NCBI GenBank assembly: GCA_013416795.1
Contig: RQSC01001348.1
Span: 7,699-66,546 of the forward strand
DNA from: Prasinococcaceae sp. CCMP 1430
Taxonomy: Eukaryota > Plantae > Prasinodermophyta
Direction of reading: 5' to 3'
Length of the DNA: 58,848 bases
In this document: positions 22,904 through 34,415 of the stretch, in pieces
Position numbering within the stretch: the stretch's first letter is position 1
How the letters are laid out: each line of letters opens with the position of its first letter
Program-made: the position numbers and the translations under genes
Notes under the pieces: model-generated
What the model was told of the DNA's origin: nothing
The model's input: only the letters and a program-made list of their open reading frames with translations
The model's database searches: none

Positions 22904-23364
22904 CTGCGCACACACAAACGCACACAACAACGACACCCACGACACCAACGCACACCCACCACACCCCTTCCTCCTTCACCGCCCACCTCGCGCGCACGCA
23001 GTGGCACCGCCGCCGAACATACTGTAGTTCAAAACGCAAGCACGTGGTTTGGTTGGTGGTGCGTGTGTGCGTTCGGTGCGTTGGCACTCAGGCGGGGTCT
23101 GATCCGCGATGGCGGCGCGGCGAAAGCATCTGGCGATCGATTTCTGTCGCCGTGGATCATATTCGTGCTCAGACCGCGCGCACTTATTTCTTTTCGCGGA
23201 AGGACGCTTTTCGGGTCGAGCGCGGGAGCGGCGGTGGGCGCGCTTAGGGCGCGAGGGCGGCGAGGGCGGGGCGAGTGCTCTCTCGCGCGTGGAGTGGCGC
23301 GCGCCGCGCGGGCGGCGCGCGGCGGCGTGGCGCTCTGCTCGTGAAAGGGGGGGGGTGGGGGGGG

Positions 23365-23814
23365 ATGGGGGGCGATGGCGGCGTGCGCAACGGCGCGGGC
23401 GACGTGCCGCGTGATGCGCACGTGGTGATGTCGGTGCTGAAGTCGATGGGGGTGGAGGAGACGGACGACCGCGTCGTGCAGCAGCTGCTCGAATTCATGC
23501 ATCGTTACGTGGGCGAGGTCCTCGACGACGCGTGCGCGTACGCCGAGCACCGTGGCAGCACGGCGCGGGAGCTCGAGCTCGAGGACGTCAACCTCGCGGT
23601 GCAGACGCGCGTGAAGTTCGGCTTCTCGCAGCCGCCGCCGCGCGAGCAGCAGCTCGAATTCTCCGCGGCGCGCAACCGCGTCGTGCTGCCCACGCCGCCG
23701 CCGGCCGCCGCGAACGGAGTCGTGTTGCCCCCGGGAGGTGAGGGCACGCTGCTGTCTCCCAACTACCAGCTGAGGCCAGATGGCGGAGGGGGCGGCGCGG
23801 GCGCGGGGCCCTGA
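23365..23814 (+). CDS. TAF9: TFIID subunit 9 (histone fold)
   Basis: VPRDAHVVMSVLKSMGVEE.DDRVVQQLLEF.HRYVGEVLDDA...FSQPPPRE...RN..VLP...LLSPNYQL. TGTAA at 23892. Confidence 0.93.
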   Translation: MGGDGGVRNGAGDVPRDAHVVMSVLKSMGVEETDDRVVQQLLEFMHRYVGEVLDDACAYAEHRGSTARELELEDVNLAVQTRVKFGFSQPPPREQQLEFSAARNRVVLPTPPPAAANGVVLPPGGEGTLLSPNYQLRPDGGGGGAGAGP

Positions 23815-24105
23815 CCCATGCGCGCGCGGCGAGCGAGAGCTCGACGGAGCGGATGAGCCAGGAGCGACGCCGCGCCGGGGGGCGCTGTACATGTAAATGT
23901 GACTTTTGGAAAACGCGCCTTGCCCGCGCGCGTGCCCGTGTCTCGCGCATATGCGCCGGTCGGTGGAGGCCGCCGCGAGGTCGTTGACAGGTTCGTCGAG
24001 ACAGAGGGGGTGAGCACGCAATTGCGGTAGTCTGCGCGCGCAAGAGCGCGCGCCGAACGTCACAAAATGCTGTGCAGCGCGTCGTTGTTACGGGCGGTCG
24101 GCACT

Positions 24106-26782
24106 TCACGCGGAGACGGCGGCCATGCCGCCGGGCATCTCCTTGCGCTCGACCGGGGGCGGCAGCAGCTCGAAGTCCGGCGTGTTGGCCTCGACGGGCA
24201 CGGCAGGGTTTTCCAGCGCGATTCTCTCGAGGTCCGACCCCAGCAGATCGTCCGTCTCGAGCAGAGAGGCATACACGCGGTAGAGCGCCTGCCGCCGCTC
24301 GAGGAGCAGCGTCCACGCCTCGGCGAAGCCGTCCGAGAGGATGCCAACCACTGCCTCCTCGGCCATGGCGGCGGTGGCCTCGTCAGGGCGGTACGCCGCG
24401 CTCTCAGCCTCGACACTGTACGGGTTGTGGAGCAGGTCGGTGTCCTGAAAGGCGTGCGTCTTGGTGACCGCCGCCGAGTACGGCACCGGCGAGGTGAACG
24501 CCAGGAGGCCGAGGTCACTCATGCCCAGGCCGTATACCATGTCCCGCGCAGTGAGAGTGGCCGCCTCAAATGCTTTCGTGTGGGTCGTGGTGGTGCTCTC
24601 GCCAAACATGAGGCGCTCCGCCGCGTACCCAGCCAGGTTCACCGTCACGCGCTGGCGCAGCCGCGCCTCAGTCATGGCGAGATAGTCGTCATCCTCGCCG
24701 CGCGCAAACACCGTGCGGCTGAAGAGGTCACCCTGAGGCACGAGGCTCACGCGCTCCACCGCCTCCACAGGTGCCCCCCGGTCCAGGCGCAGCGCCGTGG
24801 CAACCAGCGCACGCCCCGCCTCGCCGGCGGCGATGCGCTGCTTGATGGGCGCCAGCCGAGGATTGGCGGTCGCGTCGAGCGGCTTCTGGCTGAGCCCCAT
24901 CGTCACGCGGTCGAGCGCCGTGTAAACGTCGCGCGCGGCAATCTCCTTCGCGCCCCGCCTGACCGCCATCAGGGCCGCTTCGTTCAGCAGATTGGCCAAG
25001 TCGGCGCCCGAGAACCCGCTCAGGTCCTTCGCCAGCTGATCGAGGTCGACGTCGGCGGCGAAGGGCTTGTTGCGCGCGTGCACCTTCAGGATCTGCGCGC
25101 GCCCGGCAGAAGTGGGCTTGGAGACGTTGACCTTGCGGTCGAAGCGCCCCGCGCGCAAAAGCGCGGGGTCGAGCATGTCCGCGCGGTTCGTGGCGCCCAC
25201 GAAGACCACGCCCGTTTCCTTGCTGAAGCCATCCATCTCGGTCAGCAGCTGGTTGAGCGTCTGCTCACGCTCCTCCGTGCCGCCGCCCTGCGACTTAAAC
25301 TGCTGCGTGGAGCGCTTGCCGCCCAGGGCGTCGAGCTCGTCCACGAAGATGACGCACGGCGTGTTGACACGCGCGCGCTTGAACAGATCGCGCACGCGCG
25401 CGGCGCCCACGCCCACGATGGCCTCCACGAACTCCGAGCCCGCCATGGAGAAGAACGGCACGCCCGCCTCACCGGCAATGGCCTTTGCAACAAGCGTTTT
25501 GCCCACCCCTGGCGGCCCCTCAAGTAGAATGCCCTTCGTGTGCGTGGCGCCAAGCGTGTCGTACTTGTCGGGGCTCTTGAGGAAGCTCACAACCTCCTTG
25601 AGCTCGTCCATAGTGTCTTCCATCCCTGCCACGTCCTCGAACTTGACGCCCGTCTTGCCCTCTTCCCGGATGCTCGCGCGCGACTGCGCAAAGTCGATCG
25701 CCTGAAATTGGTCCATGGGAATGCCCTGCTTGACGCGCAGACCGGCGATGACCACCATGAAGAGCGCCGCGGCAGACGCGAGGCTCACTCCGAGGATCTG
25801 CCACTCCTTGCCGCTGACCACCAGCCCTCGCACGCCGCCCATCTGCGCGTGGTAGTACACGGGCGTCTGTCCGGACTCGACCACGGCCTCAAGCATGTCC
25901 ACGTCGTAGTCGGAGACCACCTCGATGCCCGACGGCACCACGACCTTGTACGGCGCCTGTGTGCTGTCCTTGGGCGTTGCGTAGTACTTGCGCGGCTCTC
26001 GCTCGTTGGCCTGCCACACGTCAAGCCGCTTGAGGTTCGCCGTCGAGTCGCCCAAAGCCCTCATGAAAGCCACCCATTCCACCTCGGGCACGTCAGACCA
26101 TTTGGGTCGGCCCGCCGCCAGCACGCGCTCCGACGGCAGCACGGAGGAGTCCAGATCGCCCAGCGACTCCCGCTGCAGCTGCGTAAGTGTCACGCGGTCC
26201 TTGCGCGCCTCGCTCGCGGCCTTCTTCGCCTTCTTCTTCTTCTTCGCCTTGGCCTTCTCGCCGCCCCCCGCTGTCTTCGTGCGCACCTTCTTGGTGCCCG
26301 CCTCTGCGGGCGGCGACTCCGCGCCGGCGACCGCAGCGTCTGCGGCCGCCGCGCGCGCCGCATGCGGGCGCGCGGCGCGCGGGGCGGATTCCGCAATTGT
26401 ACGGGGGGATGCGAGAAATATGGAATCCACTTCGGATGATATATTGAATGTAATAAGCGGGTGCAAGGGCCGTGTGGATTCGCTGAAAGTGGAGTGGGTT
26501 CCGTGTGCCGAGGCGGGCGGGGAGGCGCGTCGTTGCCCCCACCCCGCCTGCCGCAGGCGTCGCACGCTGTGTGCCCGCCCCCGCGCCCGCTCGCACGCAC
26601 GCCATCTCCACCCCTCCCCTCCTCGCGCCCTTCCGCGGCGCGGGAGGGAGGAGAGGACCCCGGCGAAGTGCGAAGTGGGAAGCTCCAGGGAGGGGCCGGC
26701 AGGCAGCGCCGCAGGCGGCAGGCAGCCCCCGCAGGGCCCAGCGCGTGCGCGCGCGCGCTGTGGCGCCCGCCCACGCAAACAT
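24106..26782 (-). CDS. FTSHI1: Protease-inactive FtsH-like AAA ATPase resembling FtsHi1/ARC1, plastid-targeted; first exon and intron boundaries near 26340-26780 uncertain
   Basis: AIDFAQSRA...GVKFEDVAG, Walker A GPPGVGKT, Walker B IFVDELD, SRH ATNRADMLDPALLRAGRFDR. One TM segment; HEXXH replaced by GEAGR. Confidence 0.85.
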
Positions 26783-27514
26783 ATCCGCAGCAGCTCGCCT
26801 TTTTTTTTTTTAGGCTACGATGATTCCACGCGCGGACCCAATTTCGTCCATCCTTCCGTATCATAGGAATACGGAACGTCCTGAGGAGATCGAATTTGGC
26901 GCGCGCTTTTCTTTTTTTTTCTCTCGCGGGGGCGCGCGCGTCGATCGCGCGTCCTCAGGCGTGCTGCATGCTGCGAGCACAACCAAACCCTGACCCTAAT
27001 GAACGGCGTACCAAACCCTACCCTAACCCGGTTTTTTCGAGCCGGGCACATATGCCGGAACCGCGCGCGCGCCGCGCGCGCCGCGCGCGTTCGGAGAGGT
27101 CACTTTGCATCTCACCGCGTGGCGAGCCCAGCGGAGGCGCGCCGCGAAATGCGCGCGGCAGAACGCGTCCCAGCCGCTGAGCGTTTGGGGTAAGGGTTTT
27201 TTTTTTTCGAGCTTCCCGCACATCAGAACGCACGCGGCCGCCGCCGCCGCGGCGAGGGTTTTCGGCGCCCCGCGGCCGAGCCGCCGGCGCGCGGCCGCAG
27301 GAAGAAGGAAGCCAGCAGGGGCGTGTGTGGCAAGGTGGGGGGGGAGGAGGCGATCTCGCCGCGCAGGGCGGCTGCCCGCCGGTGCAGCGTCGGTGGCTTC
27401 GCCCCGAGGGCGCCGGCACCGCGCGGGCGCACGTGCCGGGGGCGTGGCGCGCGTGGGCCGACGCGGGGCGCCCACCGCTGTCTTAGACTATCAATTACAC
27501 ACGCGCCCGCCCAT

Positions 27515-28467
27515 CTACTCGACGGCGACGGTCATCTCCGCCGGCGCCGCGTCCTCGTCGCCGGGAAGCGAGAAGGTGCCGCGCGGCGCGCGGCAGCGGC
27601 GCGCCTTGTTGAGGTCGATGCCCGCCTCCTTGGCCATCGCCTTGAGGCCGCGCTTGCGCAGAGTCTTGATGGCCTCCGTGGAGATCTTGAGCTTAATGAA
27701 GCAGTTGCCCTCCGGGTACCTGTCGAGTGGAGGTGCGAGCGTGGACGGTCAGCGGGGGCACACGAATGCGCCAGATTTCTATTCCTGGCGCGGCAGGGGT
27801 TGGAAGAGGTTCCAAAGTGGCTGGTCCGCGCTTTCCCAGAGCTCCCCAGCGAGGCGAGGCACCGCCCACTCGCGCAGCGGCGCGCTGGCGCACACGCGCT
27901 CTCAACGCCACCCATCCTCGGCTCTTCGACAATGTCGGGCCGCCAGGGATCGGCAGCCGCGCTAGAGGCGCACGTGGCGTCGGAGCGCACGAGTGCAATG
28001 GCTTCGGCAGGCAAGCGCGGGTTGGCACCAAGCCCGGCGCGTCGCAAGAGCGCACCCAGCGCAGCCCGACCCCTTCGTGGGACATGTGCGCGCATTCGCG
28101 TCGTCGCCGGCGCCCGCGACGCACCAGATCTTCTTCCATTGCAAGTTCGGCTGCTGCAGCTTCTTGTTGCGCGTGTGCGAGAACGAGATGCTGTAGCCGT
28201 TGTTCGCCTTCTTGCCAGTCAGCTGGCACTGGCGCTTGGCTGCGGTGCCGCGATGGGTAGGCGGACGGGAGGAGAGATCGCAGCGACGGCGGACCGAGCA
28301 CAACGGCGGCGACGCGACAGCGGGGTGGTGGCGGCGAAGGCGGCGGGGGGTGTCAGCGGCACGCTACATCGCACGGCGTCCGCGCGGCGAGCGCAACCAC
28401 GTGCGCGCCGCGGGCGCAGCGCGGCCGTCCGGCGCACCACAAGAGTTCGCGCGAAAGGCGAGCCCAT
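27515..28467 (-). CDS. RPL28: Plastid 50S ribosomal protein L28 (bL28c); transit-peptide exon uncertain
   Basis: [38 protein letters not shown]|[35 protein letters not shown], cyanobacterial-type. Intron 27720-28124. TGTAA at 27499-27495. Confidence 0.9.
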
Positions 28468-29225
28468 CAAACGCAGTGCCCGAAACCCTCGTACACGCCA
28501 GGCGGCGCAGGAGCGGGCGGCGGGCGAGCGCGAGGGGGAGCAGACGCTCCCCGAGGGGCGGGCAATTGAGGGCCAGCTCCCACGTCGCGGCTCGCCCGAC
28601 GGCGCGCGCGTGGACCCCCTCCCGTCGCGCGCCCGCGCCCGCTCTCCGTCCTCAGCGCGCGCGCGCGCCAGNNNNNNNNNNNNNNNNNNNNNNNNNNNNN
28701 NNNNNNNNNNNNNNNNNNNNNNNNNNNNNNNNNNNNNNNNNNNNNNNNNNNNNNNNNNNNNNNNNCCCGCGCGCGCGACGCGGCGCGCGCGCGCGGCGTC
28801 GCATTTTGGGTTAGTAAAAGGGTCCATATTTGGGGCGATTCGGATGCGTTTTGACCTCGTGCGGCGGCGCGGCGGCTGGGGCCTCCGAGCGCGCGCGCGC
28901 GCGCGCGCGATCCGCCCCGCAGACCAGACGGGTGGCCCGAGGATTCCCCGCGCGGCGGGAATTCGGATCCCTCCCGTGCACGTTGCGACGTCAATCAGAA
29001 CTCCCCTCGAACCCGCAGAAGCAATTTCGAAGGAGGCTGCGATCCTCCCATCGAAGCAAATGGAGGGTTGCGGTTGAAATTTGGGGTAGGGTTTATTGTT
29101 TTTTTGGCGGCTCGCAGCACTGCACCGGTGTGGTGTCGTGCGCGCGCGCGCGCGCGGCAGCGGCGCGTCGGCACACCGCGCGCGCCGGGCGCCCCCGCCG
29201 CCCTTCTCCTCCCGCGCCGGGAGCG

Positions 29226-31228
29226 ATGGAGTTCGTCGTGCCCGAGGTGAGGGCTCGCGTGCGCGTCCGCGGGCGCGCGGAGGCGGCAGGGGGCGACGGC
29301 AGCGCGGGCGCCGCTGCCGATCGCGCGCGCGATTTTTTCCTCTGCGTTTGCCGTGCGTTGGCTTTGCGTGTTTCGCCGGCGGCGCGCTCGCGCAGGGTGT
29401 CTCCGGCGCCGCAGATGCTGCCGACGCCGCCGGCTGCGCGGCGCTGCGTCCCCGCCCGGCAGTAGCGCGCCGCGCGCCCGATGTATTCCCCAGCCAGCGC
29501 CGACGGCCGTCGCGCCGTGTGCTGACCTTGCCGCGCGACCCGCTCCCGTGGTTGCGACCCGCCGCGCGTCCGGCGCCGCCGCTCGCAACTTTTTTTTTCC
29601 CACGCCGCGGCCGCCGCCGCTGCTGCCGCCTGCCCGTCGCCTGCCCCCGCATCTCGGACGCTTCCCCGCGCCCGCGCCCTCCGCGCGTGACGCAGATCGA
29701 GGACAATGCGGGCGGCTGGGGGCCGATGAGCGTGCCCAAGGACTTCGAGGACGTGCCGTTCGCGCCGTTCTCCAAGGCCGAGCGCATTGGCCGCTGCGCA
29801 GACTTCACTGCGCAGGGCCGCGCGTACGCCGCGAACCGCTACCACCGCCGCGACGAGGGCGCGCCTGTGGAGACCGTGTTCAACTTCCAGGCCGAGCAGG
29901 ACGAGGCCGACTTCCACCTCGTCGACTCGAAGCCCGTTCAGCGTCCGACGTTCGCGCGCCGCCGCCCGCAGTTCCGCAGGCGCTTCAACGAGCAGGACGA
30001 CAAGGACATCACCGGCGCGGAGCGCGAGAAGCAGCGCCGCCAGTACGCCAAGGAGAAGAAGAAGCAGCACTGGGGCGCGTCGTACTGGAACCAGCTCGAG
30101 ACCCGCCAGCGCCAGACGCTGCAGTCGAGCGTGGAGATTCGCCCCGACTGGACGGTGGTCGAGCAGTTCGACTTCTCGACGCTCACCAAGCTGCAGCACA
30201 AGGTGGAGGATGGCGAGACGCTCAAGCGCTGCGGCACGCTCAAGGGGTACGAACGCTCGCTGGACCGCCTCACGCCCAAGTTCAACAAGGCGCTGCGCAA
30301 GACCGTCACGCGCGCGCCGCTCAAGGTGAGCACGTCGGACGACCCAGTCATCCAGAAGCTCGCGCGCGAGGGCAAGGGGAAGGTGTTCGCGACAGACTCG
30401 ATCATTTCGGCGATCATGTGCGCACCGCGCTCCAACTACTCGTGGGACGTCATCGCGCACCGCGTGGGCGACAAGCTCTTCTTCGACCGCCGCGACAAGG
30501 CCTTCGACAAGGTCACCGTCTCGGAGACCGCGCAGGGTCTGCCCGAGGAGGACCGCGAAAGCATCAACCACTCGGACAACCTCAAGGACGAGGCCACGCT
30601 CATCAACGCCAACTTCTTGGCGATGGCGCAGAGCGACACCGAGAAGTCCGTCAAGCTGGGTTCGTCGCATCCCTTCAAGGGCAAGGACGGCGTGGCGAAG
30701 ACGGGCTTCGCCTACCGCAAGTGGGACCTCGGCGAGGGCGTCGAGGTGGTGGTGCGCTGCGAGCTCGACGCGGCGATCAAGCAGAAGGGCTCCGAGCAGG
30801 TGCTCATGGTGCGCGCTCTCAACGAGTACGACTCGCGCGTGTCGGGCTCGGACTACCGCCAGAAACTCGAGAACCAGCGCGGCGCGGTGATTGCGACGGA
30901 GCTCAAGAACAATGCCAACAAGATCGCCAAGTGGACTGCGCAGGCGCTGCTCGGCGAGCAGGACCTCATGAAGCTTGGCTTCGTGTCGCGCTCGCACCCG
31001 CGCTCCAACGCCGCGCACGAGGTGCTGTCCACTCAGATGTACAAGCCCAAGGATTTCGCGCAGCAGATCAACCTCAGCACGGGCAACATGTGGGGCATTA
31101 CCAAGCACATCGTGGACGCGTGCATGGCGCTGCCCGAGGGCAAGTACCTCATCGTGAAGGACCCCAACAAGACCATCCTCCGGATGTACGATGTGCCGCA
31201 CAATGCGTTCCAGGACGACTACGAATAG
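29226..31228 (+). CDS. EIF3D: Eukaryotic translation initiation factor 3 subunit D
   Basis: Exon 1 MEFVVPE|GTGAGG, intron 29247-29695, then DNAGGWGP, DVPFAPFSKAERIG, SSVEIRPDW, RSNYSWD and WTAQALL. Confidence 0.96.
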
Positions 31229-31493
31229 GCGCGAGCGCAGACGCACTCCGCGCATCGGCGGATCCGAGCCGAGTGACGCGGAGGCGCAGGCAGGGGGTGG
31301 TTAATGAAGGCGGCGAGGCGGCGTGTAATTGCGGTGCCGCACCCGGCGTTGTACACATCCTCGCGCAGTCGCGCGCAACGGCGCGCGCGCCCCCGTGCGC
31401 GCCCCGTTGCTGTCCGACGCGCTGGATTCGGGATTGCGTTACATGCAGCGTAGCAGTGGACCGGCCAACGCGCCCCTCATCGGCGTGCATGCG

Positions 31494-32672
31494 TCAGCGC
31501 TTCACAAAAACGTACAGCCCCTGGCTGTCGTTCCAGCTGACTGGAAGGCGCGCCTCGTGCACCAGCTCGAAAGCGCCGGTGGCGAGCATGGCCTCGCAGC
31601 GATAGTCGACCACCGCCGCGTCGACGGGCAGCTCCGCCGCCAGTTTTGCCGCCGCAGCCGCCACGAGTGGCTCGTCCCAGCACTGGCTCGCGAGCACGAC
31701 GGCGGACGCCCGGGACACGTCGCTGCGCATGAGGTCTCCGCATTCGAGCGTCGCGCGGCCGGCCAGCGCGTGCGCCTCGCGAAGCGCCACGCCGCGCGCG
31801 ACGGCGTCGAGCGCGGGGAGGAGCTCGACGCCACGCGCGCGGCAGCCGAGACCCAGCGCCGCGTAGAACACCATCCAGCCCACCGATGACCCCCACACGA
31901 CGATCTCTGCCCCGCGGTCTTCCGCGCCCCCGCCGCCGCCCGCTCGCATTGCCGCCAGCGCGAGCGCGCCGCACTGCGCGAAGAGCGACGCGAAGCTCGA
32001 GAACGGCGTCGAGCCGTACGCGAAGTTATCGCGAGAGTAGCTGCTACCTCCGCCGATGCTGCCGCGCGAGCCACACGCCGCCAGCTCGTCGCCGGGCGCG
32101 CGCTCCAAGGCGGCGCTCTGTGCCGCGCGCGCCAGGCCCGCGTGGAAGTCCACTCGCGCCTCGACGGCGCGCAGCGCGCGAACGATGCCGCGCAGTGCCT
32201 CCGCGTCAGCGGCGCGGCCGGCGGCGCACACGGCGGCGAGCGCGGCCTCGTCGGCGGCAGAGAGGGGAGGAGGTGCCGCGGTCGACGCCTCCTCTGCGCC
32301 CGCCGCCTCCATCGCTCCGGCGGGATCGACGCGGGCCGCGACGCGCCGAACGGCGTCCAAGCCTCGCTCCCAGCGCTCGAGCGCCCCGCTGTCGACCTCG
32401 CCAACCTCGCCGGCCGCGTCGTTGCCGCCCATCTCGCTCGGCGCAACGCACCGCAGGACCTCGTCCGCGAGCGAGCGGGCGCGCTCGAGGGCGGCCAGCG
32501 CCGCGCCTTGTCGCTTGCGCCGCGCGGTGGCGCCTTCCCCTCCACTGCCGCCGCCACCGCCGCTGCTGCCGTCCGCAGCCGCCGCGCGCGCGTCCAGCGC
32601 CGCGCGCTGCAGCCGCGCCACGAGCAAGCGCAGCTCGTCGAGCACCGCCGCCGCCGCAGCGGCGAGCGCCAT
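31494..32672 (-). CDS. Class I SAM-dependent methyltransferase-like protein (DOT1-like motif order)
   Basis: FAYGST, VVWGSSVG, RGVELL, ECGDLM, VVLASQCWD and VSW in an intronless ORF with its own ATG. TGTAA at 31443-31439. Confidence 0.65.
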   Translation of the reverse strand: MALAAAAAAVLDELRLLVARLQRAALDARAAAADGSSGGGGGSGGEGATARRKRQGAALAALERARSLADEVLRCVAPSEMGGNDAAGEVGEVDSGALERWERGLDAVRRVAARVDPAGAMEAAGAEEASTAAPPPLSAADEAALAAVCAAGRAADAEALRGIVRALRAVEARVDFHAGLARAAQSAALERAPGDELAACGSRGSIGGGSSYSRDNFAYGSTPFSSFASLFAQCGALALAAMRAGGGGGAEDRGAEIVVWGSSVGWMVFYAALGLGCRARGVELLPALDAVARGVALREAHALAGRATLECGDLMRSDVSRASAVVLASQCWDEPLVAAAAAKLAAELPVDAAVVDYRCEAMLATGAFELVHEARLPVSWNDSQGLYVFVKR

Positions 32673-32689
32673 CGCCAGCTTCTACCTCC

Positions 32690-32900
32690 GCCCCCGCCCT
32701 GGCCTCCCACCCCCACCTCCAGCCCCTGCCTCGCGCGTCCCTGCCTCCAGCCCTTGCCTCCACCCTTGCCTCCGCCTCCGCCTCCGCCTCTGCCCCTGCC
32801 CCTGCCTCTACCTCTGCCTCTGCCTCTGCCGCCGTCCCCGACTCTGTCCCTGGCTCTGCCCCTGCCTGTGCCACCGCCTCCACCTCAGCCCCTGCCAGCC
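32690..32900. repeat. Degenerate hexamer minisatellite (TGCCTC/TGCCCC/CGCCTC)n upstream of the methyltransferase
   Basis: Seen directly: ccctgcctc, cgcctc and tgcctc units in tandem. Confidence 0.75.
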
Positions 32901-33328
32901 CCGCGCCCCCGCGGCCTGACGCGCGCGCGCGCGCCGCGTGTGGCGTGCGTTCGCGCGCGCGCGCGCGGCGGGAAAGGACGGCTCATATGAGAACGCATCG
33001 GATGCGTCTGAATGTGAACCGCCCACAAAACCCAAAAGAATTTGAATTCTAACCCGAACCAGACCAATTCGCATCCGGGCGCGCGCATCCCGCCAATACG
33101 TGCTTTTTGATGGTGTCGGCGGTTGCCTGGCAGATATGGGATTTTATCCGTACGCGTGGCGAGCGGCGCTGCGGGCGTCGACACGGCCGACGCCGGCATG
33201 CGGCGCAGGCCTGGGCGCGCCACACCGCACATACCACACGCGCGGCGTCGCGATGCAGCGTGCGCGCGCGCTGCGCGCTCGCGCGAATTGCCCAGCGCCC
33301 GCCGGCGGCGGCGCGCCGCGCCGCGGCC

Positions 33329-34093
33329 ATGGCGCGCGCAGCAGCACGCGCGTCCCTAGGGGCCCGCGCGCGCCTGACAACCACTGACATGCTTGCTGCA
33401 CACACACACACACACACACCAGCGTCGTGTGCCGCGCCCAGGCGGACAGCGCGCCCGCGACGCCCTCCTGGGTACCCGGCCCGGCCAAGCCCGCGTACGA
33501 GGTGATCGCTGGCGACAGCCTGACGCTCAAGGATGTGCTCCCCGCGCAGGCGATGGAGATCATCGAGAGCAAGGACTTCAAGGACAACACCGGCTTTGTG
33601 CCGATGGCCGAGACCGTCAACGGCCGCGCGGCCATGTGGGCGTTCCTCACCGGCGTGTTCGCCGAGATCGGCTCTGGCGACACCGTGATGCAGCAGTTCG
33701 CGTCCTGCCCGGTACGTCGCGCACGGGATCGGGGCGGCTTGTAGGCACGCGAATGCACGATACGCAAGCTGAGCCTGCAGAAGTGCCGCCAGGCTCTCGC
33801 ACGCTTTCCGCACACACTGTGTGTGCGTGTGTGTGTGCTTCTGTGTGCGCAGTCGCTGACGCCCAGCTCAACGCCCGCGCGCCCCACAGCGCGAGGTCAT
33901 CATTGCGATGAGCCTGATCACCGCAGGCTCCATCATCGCGAAGAACAACGGCGTCGCGGCGGACAACACCGACCAGAACCCGGCGCCCACCCTGCTGACG
34001 CCCGCCGTGGAGCAGTTCAACGGCCGCGCGTCCATGGTCGGCCTCGCCGCGCTCATTTCGGTGGAGGTGCTCAAGGGATCGGCGCTCTTCTAA
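33329..34093 (+). CDS. ELIP: Early light-induced protein (ELIP/CBR, three-helix LHC-like family); start uncertain
   Basis: Two LHC motifs, AETVNGRAAM and VEQFNGRASMVG. Intron 33712-33889 region (GTACGT...CAG). TGTAA at 34177. Confidence 0.88.
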
Positions 34094-34301
34094 GCGGCGC
34101 GCCGCAGCAAGAACGTGCTCGCGCGAGCGTACGCGCGTGCGTGCGTGCGAGCGCGCACGCGGGCGCGCTCCCCACTTGTAAATGCTAGCTATTCTGGTGC
34201 GCTCTCGAAGCCGACTCCGCGCGCGCGACGCTCGCTCCCCGGCCGCGCGTTTCGCAGCACGCGCGCCTCCTCCCCCCTCCCCCGGGCTCCTCCCGCACAA
34301 C

Positions 34302-34415
34302 CGCAGCATCATCATCATCAGCAGCATCATCAGCATCATCATCATCACCACCAGCGGCAGCAACGTCAGCAGCGGCAGCAGCAGCGGCATCGCCGCCGCG
34401 GCCGCCGCCGCCGCT
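34302..34415. repeat. Compound trinucleotide repeat (CAT/CAG/CAC/GCC)
   Basis: Seen directly: catcatcatcagcagcatcatcag...cagcggcagc...gccgccgccgcc. Confidence 0.8.

Noticed and set aside
24067-25527. Long + strand ORF (and similar 29093-31255 -, 19783-20442 -, 31886-33052 +, 422-1816 +)
   Set aside because: These are antisense or off-frame shadows of real genes, caused by extreme GC3 bias; they show no recognisable motifs.
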